A stretch of DNA of 48,166 nucleotides from Macrostomum lignano (taxonomy: Eukaryota), in NCBI GenBank assembly GCA_002269645.1, contig NIVC01004371.1:1-48166 (forward strand). Reading direction: 5' to 3'. The position numbers and the translations under genes are program-made. The notes under the pieces are model-generated. The model saw only the letters and a program-made list of their open reading frames with translations. It was not told the DNA's origin and did not search any database. Of this stretch, positions 1 through 9,793 are shown piece after piece; the first letter of the stretch is position 1, and every line of letters starts with the position of its first letter.

Positions 1-505
1 GAAGACGTGACAATAATTCCAGAGTGACTAGAAATGTTAATTATAGTTTCAGAGGGACTAGAAGCGTTAATTGTAGTTCTAAAGTGACTAATAATAATAA
101 TAATAATTGATTACACCCACCCAATTAGGCCAGATGTGCAACCCACAGCTCAGCCGCAGCCATTGCTCGGCGCATCTGAAGGCTGCGTACGGCTGTTCAG
201 TCCAAGGACTGGGGGGTCGCCACGCACACCCTCAATTACCCCAGCTAATGCTGGCCCACCCATTTACAGCTGGGTGAGCTGAAGCAATGCAGAGTTTAAG
301 TGTCTTGCTCAAGGAGACAAATTGTTCCAGTGGGATCGGGAATCGAACCCCCGACCTTCAAGTTGTGAGTCCGACGCTCTAACCACTAGGCTACACCCTA
401 ACAAACAGAAAGTTTAATAATAGTTCTTAGAGTGACTATAGAAAGATTACTTTTAGTTCCATAGTGACTACAAACGTTAATTTTTGTTCTAGAGTGACTA
501 GACGG
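1..505. repeat. Degenerate ~30-bp minisatellite (AGAGTGACTAGAAATGTTAATTATAGTTTC-like), interrupted by a SINE
   Basis: Recurrent AGTGACTA...TTAAT..TAGTT units at 1-90 and about 410-505, on both sides of the SINE. Confidence 0.6.
91..398 (-). mobile_element. tRNA-derived SINE with CORE-like domain and (ATT)n tail
   Basis: Minus strand starts GGGTGTAGCCTAGTGGTTAGAGC (A box) and GGTTCGATTCCC (B box). It continues CCTTGAGCAAGACACTAAAC...CCAGCTGTAAATGGG (CORE-SINE-like) and ends in (ATT)n at about 91-108. Confidence 0.8.
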
Positions 506-1068
506 GGTGCTAAAATGTTTTAACTTGCAAAAAAACGCAACTGATGCAGAAATTAGAATCTATTCTACGGCTCGTAGTATCGAGTTAATTTGGAAGTGAC
601 AGGTTCATTTTTATACAATTCGCCTGGCTTTCGAAAGGCCAATTAGCTAGCTATATGCGGACTGAGGTTGTCAGTCAAATTCACGAGCTGCTGAGCAATC
701 TGGGGAGAATAAATTTAATGGAATATTTGCCACCGACTGATGGAATTTGTTAAGAAAAAAACAATTTCGTCAGTATTCGCGCATCTTCATCTCGCTACTG
801 ACCACAGACTATCAGTAGCAATACGCGCGCACTTCATTTATAATTATAATAGAGACTTGCATATAAAATTTTCCAATCTATTAAATATCTTGAGCCGCAC
901 TCAATGCTGGCACTAATAGATGATGATAAGACTTTACAACGAATATTAAACTATTTTGTCGGCATATGTAATCACTACCAGTTAATAAAGTATTTTGTCA
1001 TTTTACAATATATATATATGAAGGCTAAATATACGCAGAAAGTCTCACATTGCGTGGAATTCACTGTG

Positions 1069-1223
1069 AGTAGTAGAGGATAACACAACTCTGCCGCAGG
1101 GAAAGCCACGGAAATTCCGTGGGCCCGGATCAGAAGGGCGCCTATGTGTTTGCATAGCTCAACTCTGCCGCAGGCAAAGCCATGGGAATTCCGTAGACTC
1201 CTAATGAGAGTACATAGGCACCT
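1069..1223 (+). repeat. Left terminal inverted repeat (155 bp)
   Basis: Reverse complement of 16881-17035 except one mismatch (1156 A vs 16948 C, i.e. G on the minus strand). Confidence 0.98.
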
Positions 1224-1680
1224 CATGGGGGAATCCGCAAGTATGCACAGAGGCGAGCTAGGGGAATCTCTAGAAATTGTGTTGAACGATTGGCAAATAT
1301 CAGCGGTATTTTATTGTATTCAGTATTATACTAATACTTTATTATATAATTTTATCGGTAATAACAAACTTCTGTAAACAAAAATAGTGGTAGCCAAGCC
1401 TCTCTCTCTCCCGCTGTCTGGGAGCTGGCGGCGGCGGCGGCTTTGTTGCTGAAAGGAGAGAGTGCTCAGTTATCAGTAGTTTTATTGCCACCCTCGACTG
1501 GGTGGGGTAAAGTTGGCGGCGTATTCAAAAGAATTTAGCGGGGCGTGCGGGAATTTAACAAGGGCTCAATACCTGGATGCGCTGATGAAATCATTGGACA
1601 TTGGGTGGCTGACTGTAAACATAGCAAAGCTGAAAACATAGCGGCTATGTTTTTATTAACACAGATTTGGTTGAAGTGGG

Positions 1681-1688
1681 TATATAAG
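1681..1688 (+). promoter_or_regulatory. TATA box (TATATAAG) of the left-end ORF
   Basis: Canonical TATAWAW motif 83 nt upstream of the ATG at 1764. Confidence 0.6.
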
Positions 1689-1763
1689 AGGCTAAATATG
1701 TGCATATGAGAAGTTTAAATTTAAATTTTATTTTAAACTAAATTTCTCATAGATTTTTAAATA

Positions 1764-2735
1764 ATGAATAAATCTCGGTGTCCATCCTACGTGCACGAGG
1801 TGTGCATCAGCTGCAATTCATGTGAGCTCGGTGGGTTAAAGCTCCATAACAAAAAAGACAGCTGCATTATAAGTCGCTGGTTGCTTTGCCACGAGTGCCA
1901 GACAACTGAGCTGTTCAATGTGCGCCGCCAAGTTCGGGCCCATAAAAATCACACCATCATTAATTGGAGCTCGCCTGATAGCATCGAACGAGCCCGCTTT
2001 ACTGTACTGGAGGCCGCCCACCGCCAGGAGCAACTCAACATGATCGAGCGTCATCGAGCCCCGGTCAGCACCCTGAGCCAGACGATTCAAGGTGTGCGAA
2101 ATCAATCTGCAATAATTTCAACTACATGTACTTTTGATTTGATTTCCGTTGCACTTGCTGCTGCAGATCAGCATCCAGCTGATGTTGCCAGCCTTCCTGG
2201 ACCTGCCAGCGTCGACTATCCAGCTGCTGCTCCTGGACCTGCTGGCATCGACCATCAAGCTGCCAGCGTTGACGTTCCAGCGGCTGGTGCTCTCAGTCTT
2301 CAGACACCGGTAAATCGCCATGACGATGATGCTGCTGCCGCTGATTTTGTTGCTCCGCCAGAATTGGACACGGCTTTCTTTGAGGAGCACGAGTTGGAGC
2401 CGGAGGAGACGAACGAAAAAGCCACGGTCGAGCAGCAGCCACCGCACAGGGCTGTTCCAGTCGCTGGAAAAAATATGGCTGGAATGATGGCGGATGCCAG
2501 CCTGTCTGATCTCCTACGAGATTTCGAACCTCATGCTACCCCACCGGTGGTACCAGAGTTTCCACAATCAGCAGGAGTCGAACCTCATGCTACCCCACCG
2601 GTGGTTCAACAATCAGCAGGAGTCCAAGCCGCTGAACCGATGGCTGCACCGTCAGTTTGCCTTCAATTCGTCCTACCGAGTAGCGTTGTGGGCGAGTACT
2701 CAATTGACTTTGGAGGGGGATCCGTATTCGCTTGA
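1764..2735 (+). CDS. Left-end accessory protein: Cys/His (B-box-like) zinc-binding N-terminus with LxCxE, acidic Pro/Ala-rich C-terminus
   Basis: 323-aa ATG-initiated ORF with upstream TATA box. Motifs CxxxH..CxxCxxC...LLCHEC...HKNH and a duplicated EPHATPPVV. Confidence 0.65.
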   Translation: MNKSRCPSYVHEVCISCNSCELGGLKLHNKKDSCIISRWLLCHECQTTELFNVRRQVRAHKNHTIINWSSPDSIERARFTVLEAAHRQEQLNMIERHRAPVSTLSQTIQGVRNQSAIISTTCTFDLISVALAAADQHPADVASLPGPASVDYPAAAPGPAGIDHQAASVDVPAAGALSLQTPVNRHDDDAAAADFVAPPELDTAFFEEHELEPEETNEKATVEQQPPHRAVPVAGKNMAGMMADASLSDLLRDFEPHATPPVVPEFPQSAGVEPHATPPVVQQSAGVQAAEPMAAPSVCLQFVLPSSVVGEYSIDFGGGSVFA

Positions 2736-3508
2736 GTAACTCTTAATTTGCTTTAGCCTGGAGTATTTTGTTGGCAAGGGAAACGAATTTTTAGCACGCA
2801 AAAAAAGTTCTACAAAAATGAGTGGACTTTTGATAAGGGGAGGAGCTCTAAAAGAAGTTAAAAACTGCTTAAATTAAATTAATCTTTTCAGTGCATGTTA
2901 CCTGTGATTTATCTCGTTGGGCTGGGCTAAGCAGTTTATCAAGCTGGAGGCTCTTTGATACCAATATTTAGTTATTAGGAGAGCAAGAATGTACATGGTA
3001 GCTTATAATGAATTATACTGCTTTCTATGCAGAAAGTTTGTAATTTAATGCTAAATAAAAGTTTCTTCTTCTAAATTATTTTCTTGCTACAAAGCCGTTT
3101 ATACCAAATACACGTTGTTTTTGCATTGTTTTTTTCTCATAATAAACATTGAATTATTTTTAGAAAAAAACGCAAACTAGACAGTAAAATAGCAAATCAA
3201 CTCGTATCGGTGGATTTGATGCTAAAAGCTATCGCATCATGGCAACCTATTCGCATTACTCGACTATTAGTTTTGATTTTGAGGTTTTTACTATCCGCGG
3301 GCTGCTTTTCTATAGCTTGGTGCTCGTTGCTAAGTCTCAATATCGCGAATAGAATAAGAGCATCTTAACTAGATTCGATCTCTACTTTGCATTTTTCTTA
3401 ATTATTCCTTTTTAAGCTAAGCATTGCCATTGGCCTTAAAATTGATCAATTCGAAGCTGGAAGCAGACAAATCTGCATCAGCATTGCCTGGCAGCCGGCA
3501 GTCGCAAC

Positions 3509-6500
3509 ATGCAGGATCCTACAACATGTTCTAGGCGAAGAGCAGGTGAAGGAGCAGGTGAGTTTTGCCACTCTGTTAATGTAAAAAATCAATTATTTTC
3601 TTACCAATATTTGAAGTGGAAAAATTTTAAACCTTCAACTCGAAATGTGTAACTAATTCAGTTTTAATTAATGCGTAATAACACCCGCCCACCCCGAGTC
3701 CGTACACCAACCCTGACTCTGCACATCCCCGTCCTCGACTCTGCACACCCCCTCCTCGACTCTTCACACCCCCTCCTCGACTCCGCACACCCCCTCCTCG
3801 ACTCCGCACACCCCCTCCTCGACTCTGCACATCCCTTCTTCGACTCCGGACACCCCACCTCGACTCTGGACACCACACCTCGACTCTGGACACCCCACCT
3901 CGACTTCGCACACCTCTGCACACCTATATCGATTGTATACATCCAAAAACACCCTCCTCGATTCTGAATACAGACATCGATTATTATGAATAGCTAATTG
4001 AGCTGGATTTATAAGCAATCATGAGACTCTCAGTTTATGTTTCTCGATTTTCACTATCTTATCTCTCGATTTTATTTTTAGGGTCTTCATGTGTTATCTC
4101 CTTGGTGAACAGTGCCCACGATGATGTACTGCAGATTCATCGCTTCGCCCCAACAGCTGACATTGATCCATTCGAGTTTCTAGACCTGGTCAAACATGCG
4201 GTTCTGCAGTATCTCGAAGTTCGTCTTGACTCCTTTGACAACTGTTCGCTAAGAGCACAAATTAAGCTAAACGTGCGCATGATTCGGGTGCAGGCAGCAG
4301 AAGCAGTCAATGTTGAAAACAAATGGATGAGTACAAATCTTTGTATGCTGGTTGATGTGCAGGAATTTGATGACTGGTGGAGGCAGCAATTTGCAGAGTT
4401 AGAGCAGAGAGTAGACGTGTACAACGCTAATGGCAGTGGATGGGCCATTGACAAAATAAATTTCTTCGACCTTTGCTCTGCCCTCGCTGTTCGAACTCCC
4501 TACTATTCGGGGCATGCGGCTGGGTTTAGTTTGCCGACTGCGCTTTTTCAAAAGAAGGCCGTCATTTCTCCTCCTAGCAGCGGTGAAAATTGCTTTGTTT
4601 ACGCGTGCCTTGCCTTTCTTCACAAAGATCACTGCCGTATTAAGAAGTCAGCTCAACGAGAATCCTCGTACACCGAATGGCTAGATGAGATTAACATTAC
4701 GGGACTGAGTCTGCCGATCAATTTGTACGATCTGTCTGCTGTCGAGGAATTAAATCCAACCCTTTGCTTCACTGTTTTCACCTGGGAGAATGAAGCTGCT
4801 GAAGTCCTCCGACAGCCAAGCGCAGCTACCATGAGAGGACGAACAGTTGTCCTGCTGATGTTTCTTCCACCATCCACGAACGAGAACTCAGCTGGTGGTC
4901 ATTGGTGTGCTGTCTCGAACATCAACAGATTGCTGAACAGTAAAGCCCACCTGTACCAGCGAAAGTGGTGTGAGCGATGTCTGCTGTCATTTCACACTAG
5001 CAAGGCGTTCGATGAGCACTGTGAAGATATCTGTGAGCCTGGTGGGATTTTTGTTCAGGAAGAACTTCCGGATGAAGATCACAATGTACTTCGGTTTACG
5101 GCGTGGGAAAAGACAATCAGCCCACCATTCATTGTGTACGCCGACTTCGAGGCATTGAATGCACCTCACACAGGGCAGCAGACTGAAGCTGGTTCGAGCA
5201 CTGTAAAGCTGACAGAGCATGTTGCCGTTGCTGCTGGTTACTTGGTGGTGCACCGAGCAGGCCTCACAGGGTTATCACCTATAGGAGTCGACAATGATGT
5301 TAACATATTTGTGAGTGAAAATCCGAAAAAGTGTGTTTCTGACTTCTTGCAGTCCCTTGAACAGCTAGCTCGAGAGGTTTATGGCTGGAACACGGAGTTC
5401 AGTCATCAGACGGCTATTAGAACGGAGGCTGCAAAGCAACGCTTCCGCGACGCTATATCGTGTCACTACTGCGGAAGCGGCTTTGATAGTGAAAGCGGAA
5501 AGCACTGGGATCATGATCACCTCAGTGGCGAATTCCGAGGTGCAGCCTGTGCTCAGTGCAACATGCAGGCTCGTCTAAAAAGGCGCTTTCTTCCTGTGGT
5601 TTTCCACAATCTAAAAGGCTATGACCTTCATCTCATTATGTCAACGGCTTTGGATCTCATGGATGGATGGAGGATTTCGGTTATTCCACAGAATCCTGAG
5701 CAGTTTGTTTCAATGAAAGTTGACTTCAAAATCGATGAGTACGAGAGGGGAGGAAAGACTAAGCCATTGTTCTTTACCATTCAATTCATTGATTCTAACC
5801 AATTTCTCAACGCCAGCTTGGCTCAGCTGATCAAGAACCTGCCAGAAGAAGAGTGCACCATCACTAGCCTGCTAAAAAGTAAGTTTCCACTGTTGTCTCC
5901 AGAAGTTTTATTCAGAAAATGCACTTTTCCGTACGACTACTTAACTAATTCAAATGTCCTTGAGGATACCGAGCTGCCAAGTAAAGAACAATTCTACAAC
6001 GTTCTGACTAAAAGCCACTGCAGTGATGAGGATTACAGGCATGCACAGAAAGCATGGCATGAATTCCAAGTTAAAACGCTGAAAGAGTACATGCTATGCT
6101 ACCTTGAGCTTGACATTCGGCAGCTCGCCGATGTCTTTGAAAATTTTCGCAAGCTCAGCCTTCGTGATGATGGCCTTGATCCGGTGCATTTCGTTTCAAC
6201 CCCGGGATTATCTTTTGCTTCAGCACTGAAGTCTCTCAAATCCAGAATCGAGCTGATTACGGATTCGCAAATGTATGCAACATTCGAGCGCGGTATTCGC
6301 GGTGGCATGTCATTTGTGAACATACACAGAGTGTCAGCCAACTCTCCAGATATTAGAAAAAATTTGGAAGCAGCTGACAATCAGACTATCTGCAATGACA
6401 ATGATGATGATGATGATGACTGTCACGACGAGGGCGCTGATCAAGCTGTTCCTACCGAGCTTCTAGCAGTAGATGCTAACAACCTTTACGGTCAAGCTCT

Positions 6501-7854
6501 TACCATGAACTTACCTGCAAATGGATTTCGCTGGCTTTCCGAAGATGAGCTACAGCTGTGGACCGAGGATCGTATCCGAGGGCTCAAAATCTCAGATCCA
6601 ATTGCTTATCTGCTCGATGTCGATCTTCTATATCCAGCAGAGATACATTCCACCACTGAAGATTTGCCTTTTGCACCAGAAAAAGAAGCACCAAAATTCA
6701 AAGAATTTCCTGCCTACATGCAACAGCTTTGGAGGCAGATTACTGGAGACAAAGCAGCCTATCGTTCGGCAGAAAAACTTCTGCTCACCTGCCATGACAA
6801 GCAGAGTTATGTGCTTCATTCGGCTATCTTGGCATTCTACTTGAGCCATGGAATGAAAATCAAACGAATTAATCGAATGATTGAGTACAAACAGGAGCCG
6901 ATATTTGCTGACTATGTTAACATGAACAGCGTGAAAAGAGCTGCTGCGACAAACAGCTTCGAGAAAGACTACTACAAACTAAAAAACAATGCGCTCTTCG
7001 GAAAAACAATGGAAAACGTGCGTAAGCGACGTGACATTCGGATTTGCACCAACACTGCAAAAGCAAAGGTGCTGGCTTCAAAACCATCCATTAAGAACTT
7101 TATCATAATTACCGACTCACTGAGCATAATTGAATTCCAGAAGACTAAGGTCAAGCTTGATCGTCCGATTTTTATTGGCCAGTGTGTTCTTGACTATTCG
7201 AAGCTAATCATGTACGAGTTATTCTACGACAAATTGAAGCCTTGGCTTGAGCAAGAGGGTGCCCGTGTTCGGCTCTGTGGTGGAGACACCGACTCGCTCT
7301 TTCTTTGCATTCAGAATATGGATGTGCAGTCGGAAGTTCTTCCACTGCTAAAAGCAAAGAAACTCCTTGACACTTCCAACTATTCACCTGAGCACCCGCT
7401 GTTCTCAAATGAATTGAAAGCTCGCCTCGGTTGCATCAAGGACGAAGGAGCTGGAGCTCGCTATCTCGAATGGTTGCTTTTGAGACCAAAGCTGTATTCC
7501 TTTCTCGCTAGCACTGCAACTGCTGAAAAGAAAAAAGCCAAAGGCATTCAAGGATGTGTTGTCAAGAAGGAGATTGCGCATAGTGATTACTTGAGAGTCT
7601 TCAATGATCTGAGTAGCATGTCCGTCATCATCCACAGGATCGCTAGCATCCAACACAGGCTATTCACGCTGCAGCAGCGAAAGTGTGCCTTAAGCATTTG
7701 GGAGGACAAGCGCGCTTGGCTTGCACCGAACTACAGTCTCCCGTTTGGCCATTTTCAACTTCTTCATCCGGAGTCGTCGCAGCTGCAACAGCACGTGAAT
7801 GCTACAGCCTCCCGAAAGCGGCGACGGGAAGAAGACTACGAATTTAATAAGTGA
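3509..7854 (+). CDS. pPolB: Protein-primed family B DNA polymerase; predicted exons 3509-3557 and 4082-7854
   Basis: ExoI YADFE, ExoII FHNLKGYD, ExoIII YLELD; Pol A DANNLYG, Pol B KLKNNALFGK, Pol C GGDTDS. vOTU-like ENCF...GHW and EndoVII-like CHYC...DHDHLSGEFRGAACAQCN. Donor CAG|GTGAGT at 3557/3558 and acceptor TTTTTAG|G at 4081/4082 join in frame (phase 1). Confidence 0.95.
3713..3915 (+). repeat. 20-21-bp tandem repeat (CTCGACTCTGCACACCCCCTC), about 10 copies, inside the predicted pPolB intron
   Basis: Directly visible tandem units. Confidence 0.9.
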
Positions 7855-8583
7855 CTGAGTATAACTTTTTATCACACGGCCTCTACACATTTTATTCTGA
7901 ATATTTAGTCTTTGGTTTCTTCAAACATATACTCGCCTTTATCCGTTTAAATTATATGCTGTCTCAATTTTGCTATCTCAGATAGAAGAAGTTGCAGCAA
8001 TTTGCCTCCCCTGTTTCACCGTAATTTTAGTGTCTTTTTGAACTTTTTGTCTGAAGTCTTAATGCTAGCTATTAATTTATTAGTAATTTTATTTCAGTAC
8101 CTTGTAACTGCACGATTTCTACTCGTAATATTAAATTGCAAAGTCAGTAAATTTAATGTATTGAAATTTTTATTGCTGAGTTTTATGTTCATTTATTAAT
8201 TTTTTAACATGATGCTAAAACATTTCTTTGCATTGCTTTTGTTGAAATTTCTTGCCTCTATCTTGTAATTTTGCGGTCCAGTTACATGTATGAGTGTCAG
8301 TCGAGTTTGATTAATTAATTTCTTCATTCACGTGTATCAATCTAAGCAATTTCGCTTTTGGCAGAACCTTTTTGGAATGGGTTCTATGCCCTTTTTCTGT
8401 TTTTGTGAGGGAGAGATCTGATTACGCGTTTTAGCTCCCAGTTTTCAATTATTCTATGCTCATTTCACCTTTAATTTTTTAGTTAAAACTTATTTTTTAA
8501 AATAAAAATAAATAATTTAAAGATGCGGTTTTCCGTAATGAATTTACGCAAACATTCAAGAACAAACGGAACACACTTTTTGT

Positions 8584-9174
8584 TTATTTTTGATAGGTGA
8601 TAAACTGGCTGATTAAACTATGTAACGTAGAAAGGTCGAAGCGCAACATGCTCATAGATTTTGCTCCACTAAGAACAAAAGAACCAGTATGAAATAACAA
8701 GCATTTACAATAACGTAATGTATAAATTAGAGCAGAGAACGACTCGGGCTCATACTCAGCGTAAGACAGTATGCCAGAGGCAGCAAGATTTGTGAGGGAC
8801 AAAGCATTGCAGAAGTTAAATTTACCATGAGCAGTAATAGTTTTAATCCGAACACAAATGGCTTGAGGAGGCAGCAGTTGAGCTGGCACTCTCCGATGCA
8901 GCATAGCCACGAAGCGACGGGCAGCCCTTTTGGCGTCTGCGTGGGTCTTGGCACCGCAGATGCTCAGTTGCCCAGTAGGGTAGAGTAGCAGAGTCACTCT
9001 GGGACTTCGCATCCGCTTGATGAGCACCCGGGGCCAGACGGGCCGGTAGATCACATGAGCCATGCTGAGAGCCAGTTCCCGTAGAGGTAGCTGAGCGCCC
9101 CTGCCACCATCCAGCCTCAGATCTACTCCGCCAACCAGATTGCTCACTCTTAGGGCTGTAGCTGGTGGGCTCAT
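8584..9174 (-). CDS. TATA-binding protein (TBP)-like protein encoded by the Polinton (196 aa from the first ATG)
   Basis: Two TBP repeats: VSNLVGGVDL...YRPVWPRVLIKRMRSPRVTLLLYPTGQLSICGAK...AARRF and IKTITAH...YEPESFSALIY...LLFHTGSFVLSGAK. These align by eye to the TBP core (QNIVS..[34 protein letters not shown] / YEPELFPGLIY..LLIFVSGKVVLTGAK). The track start at 9213 is a TTG; first ATG is at 9174. The stop lies within AATAAA. Confidence 0.9.
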   Translation of the reverse strand: MSPPATALRVSNLVGGVDLRLDGGRGAQLPLRELALSMAHVIYRPVWPRVLIKRMRSPRVTLLLYPTGQLSICGAKTHADAKRAARRFVAMLHRRVPAQLLPPQAICVRIKTITAHGKFNFCNALSLTNLAASGILSYAEYEPESFSALIYTLRYCKCLLFHTGSFVLSGAKSMSMLRFDLSTLHSLISQFITYQK

Positions 9175-9694
9175 TTCGATCGTCAACTTCTTCACCAAAT
9201 CTGCTTCTGCCAACTTTACTGCTCGTGTGCCACGGACACTGCTCGCTTCTTAAGTTGATGCAGAACTTTGGCTTAAGCCAACTGTAGTGCAGCAACGAAT
9301 TTCTCACTGCACAGCCAGTATCTGAATCTTCAGTCGAGGGTGCTCCCAAATCTTCTAGGTTATAAACCTGTCTACCAAGCAGCTCAGTCAGGAAAATAGA
9401 CTTCCTTTCCCCATTTGTCCAGATCGGACCACTGGCAATCCTCAGAATGTCTTCCGCCAGTTCCATGTACGGACGGGTTCCATCATTCCACTTAAACTGG
9501 TGCAGACTCTTTGATAGCTGTCTGTAGCAAACTCGCATGTCAGGTGAGACTCTCTCCCATGGATACGGAGGTGCGTACACATGGTGAGCAATTCGGTAGC
9601 TTCCCGCTCTGACTTGAACAACTGCCAACTCCTTCACAACAAAGTTTTTGCTTGTGCTGTTGCACGGGAATCCTTGGAAGTCAATGTAGTTCAT
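8843..9694 (-). CDS. Polinton DEDD-like (RNase H-fold) exonuclease-family protein with a C-terminal extension overlapping the TBP ORF
   Basis: IDFQGF..FVVKELAV..HHVYAPPYPW..LHQFKWNDG..YNLEDLG..CAVRN pattern typical of a Maverick conserved protein. The acidic residues are non-canonical (DxQ, terminal N). Confidence 0.65.
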   Translation of the reverse strand: MNYIDFQGFPCNSTSKNFVVKELAVVQVRAGSYRIAHHVYAPPYPWERVSPDMRVCYRQLSKSLHQFKWNDGTRPYMELAEDILRIASGPIWTNGERKSIFLTELLGRQVYNLEDLGAPSTEDSDTGCAVRNSLLHYSWLKPKFCINLRSEQCPWHTSSKVGRSRFGEEVDDRNEPTSYSPKSEQSGWRSRSEAGWWQGRSATSTGTGSQHGSCDLPARLAPGAHQADAKSQSDSATLPYWATEHLRCQDPRRRQKGCPSLRGYAASESASSTAASSSHLCSD

Positions 9695-9734
9695 GATGCA
9701 GCTTTCCCTCGAAATTTCGGAGTCAGTCCACCTT

Positions 9735-9742
9735 CTTATATA
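9735..9742 (-). promoter_or_regulatory. TATA box (TATATAAG) upstream of the exonuclease-like/TBP unit
   Basis: Lies in the 99-bp intergenic gap, 48 nt upstream of the ATG at 9694. Confidence 0.6.
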
Positions 9743-9793
9743 CTTTTCTGCCAGGCAGTTTCAGCCAGGCTGTGTTGCTCCCGTACCCCTTGA

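Noticed and set aside
330-398. tRNA-like sequence on the minus strand
   Set aside because: It is a SINE head: the acceptor and anticodon stems pair poorly, and it runs directly into a CORE-like body and (ATT)n tail.
1500-1560. E2F-like sites (TTGGCGGC, GCGGGAAT) upstream of the left ORF
   Set aside because: Imperfect short matches; not distinguishable from chance without conservation data.
3627-4018. Four ORFs over the 21-bp repeat
   Set aside because: Stop-free repeat artefacts inside the predicted pPolB intron.
4021-4081. Hydrophobic signal-peptide-like N-terminus of pPolB
   Set aside because: Better explained as the intron polypyrimidine tract and acceptor.
7950-8300. Possible decayed minus-strand ORF with in-frame TAA/TAG codons between pPolB and TBP
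   Set aside because: AT-rich convergent terminator region; no recognisable homology and stops are expected by chance.
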